Of a stretch of 64,000 bases of DNA, positions 1 through 9,952 are shown in pieces. Position numbers and translations under genes: made by a program. Source of the DNA: an uncultured cyanobacterium (lineage in GTDB: Bacteria; Cyanobacteriota; Cyanobacteriia; Cyanobacteriales; CAWUOF01). The number at the start of each line of letters is the position of its first letter. Position 1 is the stretch's first letter. The stretch covers positions 4,800,001 to 4,864,000 of the forward strand of contig CAVUSO010000001.1 in NCBI GenBank assembly GCA_963744145.1. The letters run 5' to 3'. The notes under the pieces were generated by a model. It saw only the letters and a program-made list of their open reading frames with translations, was not told where the DNA came from and did not search any database.

Positions 1-38
1 GAATGCTTCACCCCTACAACGGAACGGTATTGGCTGAT

Positions 39-131
39 GGCGTTGGTGATTTACGGTATGAATAAATAATTTGTAGGGGCGTATTGCTTTTGCGCCCCTA
101 CAGGATTTTCATACCCTGATTAAGCAACGCC
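39..131. mobile_element. 93-bp MITE with imperfect TIRs enclosing a GTAGGGGC REP-like hairpin; 8-bp target site duplication
   Basis: TIRs GGCGTTGGTGATTTACGGTATGA (39-61) and TCATACCCTGATTAAGCAACGCC (109-131); direct repeat TGGCTGAT at 31-38 and 132-139; inner palindrome TGTAGGGGCG..CGCCCCTACA. Confidence 0.75.
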
Positions 132-1081
132 TGGCTGATAATATGTTGGTAATTTGCATAGGATTGTTGTAATTCATCAGCAATTTGCTTGGCTAACCAG
201 ACTGGTTCTAAAATATGAGCATTTGCCCCATATTTTAAAAGTCTTTGTCGAAACCAAAATAAACAATCTTCTTCTGTTTCAATATCTACAAATCTATTTT
301 CTTGATTACGTTCAATCACTACTTCATGGACTCGACGCGGTTGGTAATTTTTGAGATATCCTGTCATTCGATAACGAATTTTTAAAGTCGGGATATTAAA
401 CATATACCAAGGAGTTTTAGAAGATGGAAATACATATTTAATTCGATCAATCCGAAATAATCGATTTTGCTCAACTTGATGATGATCAAAACGCTGAGTT
501 GAGACAAAAGCAAATAAATAAAGGGTTCCATCATGATAACGGAGTTCAGAATTTCCCAAATCCCAGTTATCTGTTATTCCTTGACTGTTACAATAACGAA
601 TTACATAAAAACATCGTTCTTGACATCTTTTTTGTAATTCATAGATGAGATTAGATAATTTCTCATTACTATAGTCCGTTGGGGGACTAAAATCGGATTT
701 AAGTTCGGAAATATAAGCGGAATTACTAACGTCAGTAATTTTTAAAATTTGGGTTGCTTGAGCGCTAAACCCCAGATCTGATAGTAACTGAGCTGCGATC
801 GCTAAAGCTTGTTTTTGTTCTATTGAGAGAATAACAGGAAAATTTGTCTCTAGTAACTCATAAGGACGATTAGGGGCACTTTTAATTTCAAAACCGCAAT
901 CTTTCAGTTTACGGATAGTACGAGTGAGTTTTTGAGATACGTCTTCCGTAGTTTTACCGTGTTTTTCTAGGAAAACATTAAGCAAATCCGTTAAATCCTG
1001 TCGGTAGTAGGACTTTTCAGCTAAAAGCTTCAGGATTTCTAGGGCAAAAGCAATTTGATTATAACTGCTATTGGTTGACAT
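98..1081 (-). CDS. wHTH-WYL domain transcriptional regulator associated with type I-D CRISPR-Cas (Sll7009-like)
   Basis: N-terminal HTH-like segment (KLTRTIRKLKDCGFEI), WYL core (LRYHDGTLYLFA, RLFRIDRI), WCX-like tail (LLKYGANAHILEP); divergent from cas3. Confidence 0.85.
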   Translation of the reverse strand: MSTNSSYNQIAFALEILKLLAEKSYYRQDLTDLLNVFLEKHGKTTEDVSQKLTRTIRKLKDCGFEIKSAPNRPYELLETNFPVILSIEQKQALAIAAQLLSDLGFSAQATQILKITDVSNSAYISELKSDFSPPTDYSNEKLSNLIYELQKRCQERCFYVIRYCNSQGITDNWDLGNSELRYHDGTLYLFAFVSTQRFDHHQVEQNRLFRIDRIKYVFPSSKTPWYMFNIPTLKIRYRMTGYLKNYQPRRVHEVVIERNQENRFVDIETEEDCLFWFRQRLLKYGANAHILEPVWLAKQIADELQQSYANYQHIISQALLNQGMKIL

Positions 1082-1199
1082 CTAAGTAAAAAGTAGCTCT
1101 ACCTCTCCAATTTTAGATGTAGTCATTTTTTGATAACAACGTTTTTTTGAGGGGGTATAGGCTAATTACAGTTGATTTTGCTCCTTTGCTTAAATAGTC

Positions 1200-3308
1200 G
1201 TGAAAATTTCTTTATTACCGCTCTATTCTCAACTTAATCCTGGACCAGGAAATTGTCCTTTAGGTTGTCCACAGGTTTGTCTGGTTCGCAATCGCGCCCC
1301 CCAACTTTTACCACCAGTCGGTCAACTCTGTCCCCTCTCTTCTCACCAAGCTTTAACTTGTGCCCAATTACAACGGGGAAATGCAGATATCATTTTTAAT
1401 ACATCAGCAACCGGAGACGGTAAATCCCTTGCTGCATTTTTACCGACATTTTTAGTTCCCAGTTTTCGGATCATGGGACTATATCCTACCATTGAACTGG
1501 TAGAAGACCAAGCTGAACAACAGAAATTATATCACACTTTATTTAATTTGGATGCTGGGGTGAGAATCGATCGCCTTTTTGGTGCCGAATTGATGCGACG
1601 AGTGGTGGAAGGTGAAAGTAATAAATTTAATGAACTTTTGCAAGCTATTTATCAAAAGCCGATTTTACTCACCAATCCTGATATTTTTCATTTTATCACT
1701 CACTTTCAATATCAAAACCCGGCAATAGGGAAAGATTTGCTTCCTTTAACCTTAGCTGAATGGCCCGATTTATGGGTATTTGACGAATTTCATATTTTTG
1801 GTCCTCATCAAGAAGCAGCAGCTTTAAATAGTTTGATTTTTATTCGTCATACTCAACAGCAATTAAGACATTTTCTCTTTACTTCGGCAACACCTAAGCT
1901 GGAGTTTATTGAGTTATTGAAAAAAGCAGAGTTTCAAGTAGTGGAAGTTAAAGGAGTATATGAAAATCAAGATCATCCTGGGTTTCGTCAAATTTTACAA
2001 GCAGTTGAATTGGAGTTCGTGGAATTAAAAAATAGTGATGTGTTTACCTGGTTAACTGAAAATATTATTAGTCTGCGACAAATTTTGGAGAGGGAATGTT
2101 ATGGAAGAGGATTAATTGTGGTGAATTCTGTAGCTTTAGCAGGTCGGATTACTCGTCAGCTTCAGCAGTTATTACCAGAAGTTATTGTTAATGAAATTAG
2201 CGGACGTATTGATCGAGCATCGCGATCGCGAATTCAAGCAGATTTAAAAAATGCCAAGCAACCAGTTTTAATTGTGGGAACTTCTGCGGTAGATATTGGG
2301 GTTGATTTTAAGATTCACTTGTTGGTTTTTGAAAGTAGCAATGCTGCAACTGTAGTTCAACGTTTAGGAAGATTGGGGAGACATTCTGGATTTTCTGCTT
2401 ATACTGCGTTTGTGTTAATTTCTGATCATACTCCTTGGGTAATTGCTAGGTTGGAAGAAAAACTCCAATCTGGAACTTCGGTAACAAGAGAAGTTTTACA
2501 AGATGCGATCGCTTATGCTTTTGATCCACCCCAACAGTTTCAAGAATATCGTCATCGTTGGGGTGGTGTACAAGCTCAGGGGATGCTGATCAGAATGGGA
2601 TTTACGAAGGTTAATCAACCAGTGCGCGATCGCATGATCGAAGATTTCCAGCGAGTATATAAAAATTTCCATCCAAATTGTAACACTTGGTTTGCAATCG
2701 GACGTGATGAGGTAGGAAAAGCAATTCAAACAGAAATTCTCAGGTTTCGAGGTGGTTCAAATTTGCAATCAGGGGTTTGGGATGGTCATCATTTTTATAC
2801 TTACGATTTGCTCCGACTTATTCCCTATGCTACGGTTGAAGTTGTTGATCGTGAAGTATTTTTACCAGCAGCGATCGCAGCAGGACATAGTGCAGAAGAG
2901 TTTCCGGATCAGTATATATCAATTTATGTCCGGATTCAAACCTGGGTAGATGCGCGGTTTGAGATTAGTCTTTATTGTAATCGCGATCGGGGTGAGCTGA
3001 AATTAAACGAACTTTCTTTAATTAATCGTTTGAGTTTAATTGGACATCCCCAAACTGAGGTTCAGTCTTGTCTAAAAAAGAAAAAATTACTTACCTTTTT
3101 AGTACCAGTCGATCGCACCCAACCTAACAGTCATTGGGATGTGAGTCGGACTCTGCACCTTGGTAATTTATTTGGATTATATCGACTTGAAGATGGTTCT
3201 GGACAAGCTTATGCTTGTGCTTTTAATCAGGATGCTTTGCTGTTAGAAGCACTCAAATGGAGACTGAAAAAATTTAATCAACACCAACCTCAATCTTTAA
3301 TCTTTTAG
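1200..3308 (+). CDS. cas3: type I-D Cas3' helicase (no HD domain)
   Basis: ATGDGKS Walker A, DEFH, TSAT, QRLGRLGR motifs; first gene of the I-D operon; GTG start. Confidence 0.95.
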   Translation: MKISLLPLYSQLNPGPGNCPLGCPQVCLVRNRAPQLLPPVGQLCPLSSHQALTCAQLQRGNADIIFNTSATGDGKSLAAFLPTFLVPSFRIMGLYPTIELVEDQAEQQKLYHTLFNLDAGVRIDRLFGAELMRRVVEGESNKFNELLQAIYQKPILLTNPDIFHFITHFQYQNPAIGKDLLPLTLAEWPDLWVFDEFHIFGPHQEAAALNSLIFIRHTQQQLRHFLFTSATPKLEFIELLKKAEFQVVEVKGVYENQDHPGFRQILQAVELEFVELKNSDVFTWLTENIISLRQILERECYGRGLIVVNSVALAGRITRQLQQLLPEVIVNEISGRIDRASRSRIQADLKNAKQPVLIVGTSAVDIGVDFKIHLLVFESSNAATVVQRLGRLGRHSGFSAYTAFVLISDHTPWVIARLEEKLQSGTSVTREVLQDAIAYAFDPPQQFQEYRHRWGGVQAQGMLIRMGFTKVNQPVRDRMIEDFQRVYKNFHPNCNTWFAIGRDEVGKAIQTEILRFRGGSNLQSGVWDGHHFYTYDLLRLIPYATVEVVDREVFLPAAIAAGHSAEEFPDQYISIYVRIQTWVDARFEISLYCNRDRGELKLNELSLINRLSLIGHPQTEVQSCLKKKKLLTFLVPVDRTQPNSHWDVSRTLHLGNLFGLYRLEDGSGQAYACAFNQDALLLEALKWRLKKFNQHQPQSLIF

Positions 3309-3318
3309 GTGAAAAATT

Positions 3319-6249
3319 ATGGCTACTGTTTTACAAACTTTGCTCATTGAAACTCTCCCTGCTAATACTGATCCGATTCTCCGTAGTTACATTGAAACAA
3401 TTTTACCACCAATGGAACAAGAATTTGCCCTAATTTCAGCTTTGGGAGGGTCTTTTGACTTCCATTATCAAATTTTAACTAATTTAGGAGATCCCAACGC
3501 ATCGGAAAAAGCGCAGAGATGGTCGAATAATGCTGACCAAAGTTTATTAGTTCATGTTCTTAATGCTTTATTAACCGCTTGGAATTTATCTGGTTATTTA
3601 AGTCAACTATTTGGTCTATCAGATATTGAAAAAAGACTTCTATGTTTGGGAATTACGTTACATGATTATAACAAATATTGTAATGGTCAAGGTGAGGCAT
3701 CTCCCCAAGCTTATGAAGTTAATGATATTTTGAAACTGTGTGAACAATTAGGTGAGAAATTAGATTTTAACTCTTTTTGGTCAGATTGGAAACAATATCT
3801 TTCAGAAATTAGTTTTCTGGCTCAAAATACCCAGTTTAAAGCTGGAACAAATCCAATTCCTGCCAATTGGCCCAAGTTTACCGTTCCCGATCCTCGTCGT
3901 CTTAAACATCCTCTGCGTCATTTGCTTGCTTTTGGAGATATTGCAGTACATTTGCAAGATCCAGCCGATATTATCACAACTACTGCGGGCGATCGCTTGC
4001 GAGAACATCTCAAGTTTTTAGGAATTCAGAAAAAACTCGTTTATCACCGTTTGCGAGATTGTCTCGGATTACTAACTAATGGAATTCACAATGCTACAGT
4101 ACGCTTTGCTAAAGAATTAGACTGGGAACCAATTTTATTTTTTGCTCAAGGGGTGATATATCTGGCACCTATAAATATAGAAACTCCAGATAAAACTGAC
4201 TTACAAGAATTTACTTGGGAGCAAATTAGTCAACTTTTAGGTAATAAAATGTTAGGAGGAGAGATTGGATTTAAGCGAGATGGTAAAGGAATAAAAGTTG
4301 CACCACAAACTTTAGAATTATTTACTCCGGGTCAACTAATTAAAGAATTAAATAATGTGGTAGTTTCTCGGGTTAAGAATGTTAAAGATCCAGCTACACC
4401 GAAACGATTAGAAAAATTAAAGCTGAGTGAGAGTCAACGAGAATTTCTCACTAAAGGAGCAGATATTCGTGCTGATCAAATAGCGGAGTTTATTCTCCTC
4501 AATCAACGTGAATTTTTTGAAAATTGCCCAGATTATACCACCTGGATTTTAACCGCATTAGATTTATCCGAACAAATTACTCCAGCTCAAACCCAAGAAC
4601 AGTCTGGTGGAGTTATTTATGGATGGTATCGAGCGGCTGCTTGCTATATTGCTAATCATCCAACATTGACTCTTGAAGAAGTTTCAGAAAAACTCTCAGA
4701 TTTAGCAGAAAATTTAGTAATTTGGGCTGAAGAAAATGATTTATTACCAGCACATACCAGTCCCACTCGCGAGGTTTTTTTCAGTTACTTAGATCAGTAT
4801 TTAGAGATTCCAGATTTGGAAATACAAAATCAATCATTTATCGATGAGTTAGATATTTATACAAAAGCTAAAACTAAACCTGCTCAACCACCAATTTGTT
4901 CTTTAAGTTCTGGAGAATTTTCTTCTGAAGACCAAATGGACTCAGTAGTTTTGTTTAAACCCCAACAATATAGTAATAAAAATTCTTTAGGGGAAAGACA
5001 AATCAAACGAGGTATTTCTAAGATTTGGTCTTTAGAAATGTTGCTAAGACAAGCACTTTGGTCTGTACCAGCAGGAAAATTAGAAGATCAACAACCAATT
5101 TTTTTATATATTTTTCCAGCTTACGTTTATTCACCCCAAACAGCAGCAGCAGTCAGATTACTGGTTAATGATATTAAACGAATTAATCTTTGGGAAGTCC
5201 GACGACATTGGAGTGATCCAGAAATGAAATCAACCAAATTTTTGCAAACCATAGATTGGTGCTCAGGTGATGAACCAGAAGCAGGAAATCGTGCTGTCGA
5301 TAAGTATTCAGGTCAAGATTTACCTTTCTTAGCAACTATTTATACAACTACCAGAGGTAAAACAGTCACAGATGCTTGGATCGAGCCTTCTTTTCTAGCT
5401 TTAGCTTTACCTTTACTTTTAGGAGTAAAAGTAGTTGCTAGTAGCAGTTCGGTGCCACTGTATAACAGTGATAATGATTTTTGTGAATCAGTAATTTTAG
5501 ATGGACCTGCGAATTTTTGGAATTTATTAGGAATATCAACGGGATTAAGAATTACAGATTTATCTGAAGCACTACAGCGATTATTAGTTGCTTATATGTT
5601 GCATTTGGATAACCGTAGCGCCCCACCAGATGGACGTTGGCAAGCTTTTAATGGCACAGTAAGGGAGGTGATTACCAATGTTTTAAATATATTTAGTTTA
5701 GGTTTTGAAGGATTGCGTCGTGATCAACGCGAACTAACACCAACAGAAGTCAAACGTTACTGGGAATATGCTCAATTTTGGGCTAAAGGAGACTCTAAGA
5801 TGAAGGAAAATTTGAAGCTGACAGAACGATTAGTGCGAGAATATCGCCATTTTTACCAAGTTAATACTACTGAATCGAGTCATGCGATTTTATTGCCAAT
5901 TGCCAAAGCATTAGAAGTTATTCTCACCAGTCCTAATCATCTTGATGCTGAAGATTTGATTTGGCAAGGTGCAGGACAATTGCATGATGCAATTGATCGT
6001 CGAGAAGTTTATCATCGTCCTTTAATTATGGATAAGTCTGTGGAATATCAGATCCGATACCAGCAAGAATTAGCCGCAATTCATCAGTTTATGAGTACCT
6101 GCGTGAATGATCTATTTTTGGGTTTGTATAAAGGCGATCGCGCCCTACTTCAAGAAAATCGTAATCGGATTAAATCCGGGGCTGAGTTTGCCTATCGCTG
6201 GTTATCTTTGCAAGAAAAATCCGCGAAAATTACTACGAAATCTATCTAA
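3319..6249 (+). CDS. cas10d: type I-D large subunit Cas10d/Csc3 with N-terminal HD nuclease
   Basis: DQSLLVHVLN and LHDYNK HD motifs; 976 aa; position between cas3' and cas7. Confidence 0.95.
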   Translation: MATVLQTLLIETLPANTDPILRSYIETILPPMEQEFALISALGGSFDFHYQILTNLGDPNASEKAQRWSNNADQSLLVHVLNALLTAWNLSGYLSQLFGLSDIEKRLLCLGITLHDYNKYCNGQGEASPQAYEVNDILKLCEQLGEKLDFNSFWSDWKQYLSEISFLAQNTQFKAGTNPIPANWPKFTVPDPRRLKHPLRHLLAFGDIAVHLQDPADIITTTAGDRLREHLKFLGIQKKLVYHRLRDCLGLLTNGIHNATVRFAKELDWEPILFFAQGVIYLAPINIETPDKTDLQEFTWEQISQLLGNKMLGGEIGFKRDGKGIKVAPQTLELFTPGQLIKELNNVVVSRVKNVKDPATPKRLEKLKLSESQREFLTKGADIRADQIAEFILLNQREFFENCPDYTTWILTALDLSEQITPAQTQEQSGGVIYGWYRAAACYIANHPTLTLEEVSEKLSDLAENLVIWAEENDLLPAHTSPTREVFFSYLDQYLEIPDLEIQNQSFIDELDIYTKAKTKPAQPPICSLSSGEFSSEDQMDSVVLFKPQQYSNKNSLGERQIKRGISKIWSLEMLLRQALWSVPAGKLEDQQPIFLYIFPAYVYSPQTAAAVRLLVNDIKRINLWEVRRHWSDPEMKSTKFLQTIDWCSGDEPEAGNRAVDKYSGQDLPFLATIYTTTRGKTVTDAWIEPSFLALALPLLLGVKVVASSSSVPLYNSDNDFCESVILDGPANFWNLLGISTGLRITDLSEALQRLLVAYMLHLDNRSAPPDGRWQAFNGTVREVITNVLNIFSLGFEGLRRDQRELTPTEVKRYWEYAQFWAKGDSKMKENLKLTERLVREYRHFYQVNTTESSHAILLPIAKALEVILTSPNHLDAEDLIWQGAGQLHDAIDRREVYHRPLIMDKSVEYQIRYQQELAAIHQFMSTCVNDLFLGLYKGDRALLQENRNRIKSGAEFAYRWLSLQEKSAKITTKSI
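5800..6249 (+). CDS. cas11d: Cas11d small subunit translated from an internal in-frame start in cas10d (149 aa)
   Basis: AAAGGAG Shine-Dalgarno at 5785-5791 and in-frame ATG at 5800 (MKENLKLTERLV); matches the known internal initiation in I-D systems. Confidence 0.8.
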   Translation: MKENLKLTERLVREYRHFYQVNTTESSHAILLPIAKALEVILTSPNHLDAEDLIWQGAGQLHDAIDRREVYHRPLIMDKSVEYQIRYQQELAAIHQFMSTCVNDLFLGLYKGDRALLQENRNRIKSGAEFAYRWLSLQEKSAKITTKSI

Positions 6250-6299
6250 ATTTTTGTAGTAATTACTGTTGTATAAATATCAAATCTGAAGGAGAAAAA

Positions 6300-7292
6300 A
6301 TGAGCATTATCGAAACCCTCAAACCTCAATTTCAATCCACTTTTCCTCGTTTAGCATCAGGAAAATATGTCCACTTTCTCATGTTACGTCACAGTCAATC
6401 ATTTCCAGTTTTTCAAACTGATGGAGTTTTGAATACAGCTCGAACTCAAGCAGGATTAAAAAGTCAAGAACCAATTAGTCGGTTAGTAATGTTTAAACGC
6501 AAACAAACTACTCCAGAACGTTTAGCAGGAAGAGAATTATTGCGATCGCTTGGTTTAACTACTGCTGACAAAGAAGATAAAGAAAAAGGATGTGAATATA
6601 ACGGAGAAGGTTCTTGTAAAAAATGCCCAGACTGTATCATCTATGGTTTTGCTATTGGTGATAGTGGTTCCGAACGTTCTAAAGTTTATTCTGATTCAGC
6701 TTTTTCTTTAAGTCCTTACGAAGAATCTCATCGTAGTTTCACCTTTAATGCTCCTTTTGAAGGTGGAACAATGAGTGAATCTGGAGAAATGCGAAGTGCA
6801 ATTAATGAATTAGATCATGTTTTACCAGAAATTACTTTTCCCACCATCGAAACTCTCCGGGATTCTACTTATGAAGGGTTTATTTATGTGCTAGGAAATC
6901 TATTACGAACTCGGCGCTATGGGGCTCAAGAATCTCGCACGGGTACAATGAAAAATCATTTACTGGGAATTTGTTTATGTGATGGGGAGATTTTTAGTAA
7001 TCTCTATTTTACTCAAGCACTTCATGATGAGTTAAAAAGTGATATTAATGCTCCCTTCAGTGATGTTTTAACTAAAGCAAGTGAGGTCGCAATGAATTTA
7101 CTGAATCAAGAACCTGTTCGGAAAACTAGCTTAATCTTCGGTGCAGATTTAGAAGCACTTCTGGCTGAAGTTTCTGCAATTTATCAAAATGAAAATGTTG
7201 TCCGAGCAACTTTAACAACCCTATCTCAGCAAACTTACTCTTATGCTGAAAGTTTTGGGGCAATTAATAAGGGTAAAGGTAAAAAGAAATAA
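6300..7292 (+). CDS. cas7: type I-D Cas7/Csc2 backbone subunit
   Basis: FKRKQTTPERLAGRE, CxxCPDCIIYGFA, YGAQESRTG motifs; SD AAGGAG upstream. Confidence 0.95.
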   Translation: MSIIETLKPQFQSTFPRLASGKYVHFLMLRHSQSFPVFQTDGVLNTARTQAGLKSQEPISRLVMFKRKQTTPERLAGRELLRSLGLTTADKEDKEKGCEYNGEGSCKKCPDCIIYGFAIGDSGSERSKVYSDSAFSLSPYEESHRSFTFNAPFEGGTMSESGEMRSAINELDHVLPEITFPTIETLRDSTYEGFIYVLGNLLRTRRYGAQESRTGTMKNHLLGICLCDGEIFSNLYFTQALHDELKSDINAPFSDVLTKASEVAMNLLNQEPVRKTSLIFGADLEALLAEVSAIYQNENVVRATLTTLSQQTYSYAESFGAINKGKGKKK

Positions 7293-7296
7293 TCAT

Positions 7297-7343
7297 TTTT
7301 AATTAGGGATAAAGTGGGATTCCTATTTTATTCCTAATTAAAA
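7297..7343 (+). terminator. long RNA hairpin directly after the cas7 stop (stabiliser or partial terminator)
   Basis: TTTTAATTAGGGATAAAGTGGGA-T-TCCTATTTTATTCCTAATTAAAA; the three non-Watson-Crick pairs are all G-U on the + strand. Confidence 0.55.
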
Positions 7344-7346
7344 TTT

Positions 7347-7737
7347 AATCCAGTTCAGTTACCCGTAGGGGCAAAGCATTTCGGCGAATAAATCATTACT
7401 GAAGTGAAGAATAATATGACCGAAATGCTTTGCCCTCACCATCTATGCAGCCAGCAGATCAACCATATAAAATACCATTCAGTTACCATCTTTTTTGGAT
7501 ATCTCGGCGCAGAAGAAGGGCGAAGCATTCGGATATAATATTAACGGATTTAAGCGATTAATTATCGCCCGAATGCTTCGCCCCTACATTTAATTGAACC
7601 GGATTTTGGATATCTCGGCGCAAAAGAAGGGCGAAGCATTCGGATATAATATTACTGGTTTGATCATTCAATTATCGCCCGAATGCTATGCCTCCGGCAC
7701 GCTACGCGATCGCCCCTACATATAACTGAACCGGATT
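7347..7737. mobile_element. composite MITE/REP element between cas7 and cas5 with three GGGC(A/G)AAGCATT(T)CGG...CCG(A)AATGCT palindromes
   Basis: TIRs AATCCAGTTCAGTTA (7347-7361) and TAACTGAACCGGATT (7723-7737); related palindromes recur near 50655, 51821, 55214 and 60009. Confidence 0.7.
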
Positions 7738-7770
7738 GAGATCAAATCTAATTACAGGAGACAAATAATA

Positions 7771-8550
7771 ATGCTTTACCATTGCATTCTAACGCTTCAC
7801 GATAATGTATTTTTTGCCACCAGGGAAATGGGGATTCTCTATGAAACTGAAAAGTATTTGCACAATTGGGCACTGAGTTTTTCTTTGTTTAAAAGTCTTT
7901 ATATTCCCCATCCCTATCGGTTACAAGGAATAGAAGCTCAAAAACCAGGTTATTTAGATGCTCGTAATGAGCAAAACTTATTCCATCTCAATAAAGAGTC
8001 TATTTATGTTTTTCCCGGTTTACCTTTGAGTTGGTCTTACCAAGTAAATACTTTCAAAGCTGCTCAAACTACTTATTATGGTAAACCTAAACAGTTTGGT
8101 GAAAAAGGAGCCGATCGCAACTATCCCGTTAATTATGGACGTGCTAAGGAATTAGCTGTTGGTAGTCAATATCGTACCTATATCATTGGTCCTGAAAAAA
8201 TATCAAAACCGATTCCCCACTGGATACGTTTGGGAAAATGGGGAGCGAAAATTAAGGTGGAAGTTATTCCTATTCCCCCTCAAGCGATCGCCCAATGTTC
8301 CGGACAATATATCTGTCAACATCCTTTAAATCCCTTAGATTTTGCTCCTCATACTAGATTACTCTTGTATAACCGCATTGTGATGCCACCTTCTAGTTTA
8401 GTTAGTCAAGCACAACTAACAGGTAATTATTGGGAAAGTACAGGTCGAGTTTGGGAAGAATTTCAATTACAACATCCAGAATTACCAAAGAGTTTTTGTT
8501 TACCGATCGGATTATCTTATGGAGCCGCTCATGTCATCTCAGTCTCTTAG
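7771..8550 (+). CDS. cas5: type I-D Cas5/Csc1
   Basis: LHDNVFFATRE, LHNWALSF, IRLGKW motifs; SD AGGAG upstream. Confidence 0.93.
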   Translation: MLYHCILTLHDNVFFATREMGILYETEKYLHNWALSFSLFKSLYIPHPYRLQGIEAQKPGYLDARNEQNLFHLNKESIYVFPGLPLSWSYQVNTFKAAQTTYYGKPKQFGEKGADRNYPVNYGRAKELAVGSQYRTYIIGPEKISKPIPHWIRLGKWGAKIKVEVIPIPPQAIAQCSGQYICQHPLNPLDFAPHTRLLLYNRIVMPPSSLVSQAQLTGNYWESTGRVWEEFQLQHPELPKSFCLPIGLSYGAAHVISVS

Positions 8551-9340
8551 TTATACTATTCATTCTTTAGTTGTTGAATTAAGTGCAGCAGAAAAAGGAT
8601 TTATGCCCTTAACCCTTGTCCGCGCAATTCATTCCCAAGTAATGACTTGGCTAAAGTTAGGATCTCCTGAAATTGCTGAAATAATTCATCAATCACAAGA
8701 ATCACCTTTAAGTTTATCAGGATTGTTAGGAAATCGTCGTGCTAATGGCACACAACTAGGCGATCGGTTTTATTTTCGGATCTGTTTGTTAGATGGAAAT
8801 TTGATGCAACCGCTTTTAAAAGGTTTTGAACAGTGGGGTACAGAACCTTTAATTTTAGCAAAGTTTCCCTTTGTGATTCGCAGTATTTATACTATGCCTG
8901 GAACCCATCGATGGGCTGGTGCAGCAGAATATCAAGTGCTGGCTAATATTCCGGTCGTTAGTAATGATTTGATCCTGAATTTTATCTCTCCTACCAGTTT
9001 TAAGAAAGGTCAGACTATTCAAGTATTTCCATTACCAGAATTAGTGTTTGGCAATTTACAAAGACGATGGAATGCGTTTGCTCCTGATGAATTAAAGTTT
9101 TCAGTTAGCGAATGGTTGGGATTAGCTTCAGCTTATGAATTGAAAACTCATGCTTTAAAGATGGAAGGGGGTGCAGAAATAGGTACTCAGGGATGGGTAA
9201 GATATCGATTTCCAGATCAGGAACAGGCGAAAATTGCAACTATTTTAGCTCATTTTGCTTTCTTTTCTGGAGTAGGACGTAAGACTTCAATGGGGATGGG
9301 GCAAACAAAATTAGAGTCGGCTCTACCAACTAATAATTAA
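8519..9340 (+). CDS. cas6: Cas6 crRNA-processing endoribonuclease
   Basis: FISPTSFK and C-terminal G-rich loop GVGRKTSMGMG. Confidence 0.95.
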   Translation: MEPLMSSQSLSYTIHSLVVELSAAEKGFMPLTLVRAIHSQVMTWLKLGSPEIAEIIHQSQESPLSLSGLLGNRRANGTQLGDRFYFRICLLDGNLMQPLLKGFEQWGTEPLILAKFPFVIRSIYTMPGTHRWAGAAEYQVLANIPVVSNDLILNFISPTSFKKGQTIQVFPLPELVFGNLQRRWNAFAPDELKFSVSEWLGLASAYELKTHALKMEGGAEIGTQGWVRYRFPDQEQAKIATILAHFAFFSGVGRKTSMGMGQTKLESALPTNN

Positions 9341-9359
9341 TCAACAGGAATCAACCAAA

Positions 9360-9950
9360 ATGAATGAACCAAATTATTTACCCTTAGCTTCTTTGAATGC
9401 TTGGGAATACTGTCCAAGACGTTTCTATTTTCAATATCAACTGGGAGAAATGGATGAGAATGAACATATTTTGATGGGGCGTTATCTGCATCGCAATATT
9501 AATGAAGAAGGTACAAGTTTAGAAGGAGATACTTTGATTCATCGTCAACAGTGGGTGTGGAGCGATCGCTTATTAGTAAATGGCATCATTGATGCAGTTG
9601 AAGAACGGGATAATCAACTGATTCCTGTGGAATATAAAAAAGGTCGCATGGCGAATCATCTTAATGATCATTTTCAAGTTTGTGCAGCGGCTTTATGTTT
9701 GGAAGAACGTACTGGACAGACGATTAATTATGGCGAAATATTCTATTACGCTAACCGTCGTCGTGAACAAGTACCATTCACATCCCAACTACGTCAATTA
9801 ACTGAAAAAGCGATCGCATCTGCTCGTGCAACAGCCGAAAAAGGCATTATGCCCGCACCAATTACTCATCCGAAAAAATGTCGAGATTGTAGTTTGCAAA
9901 GAATCTGTTTACCGAAAGAAATTCAACAATTACGCAGTGAGGTTTACTAA
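9360..9950 (+). CDS. cas4: Cas4 Fe-S nuclease
   Basis: YCPRRF, GIIDAVE..PVEYKKG RecB motif, C-terminal CRDCSLQRIC. Confidence 0.95.
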   Translation: MNEPNYLPLASLNAWEYCPRRFYFQYQLGEMDENEHILMGRYLHRNINEEGTSLEGDTLIHRQQWVWSDRLLVNGIIDAVEERDNQLIPVEYKKGRMANHLNDHFQVCAAALCLEERTGQTINYGEIFYYANRRREQVPFTSQLRQLTEKAIASARATAEKGIMPAPITHPKKCRDCSLQRICLPKEIQQLRSEVY

Positions 9951-9952
9951 AT

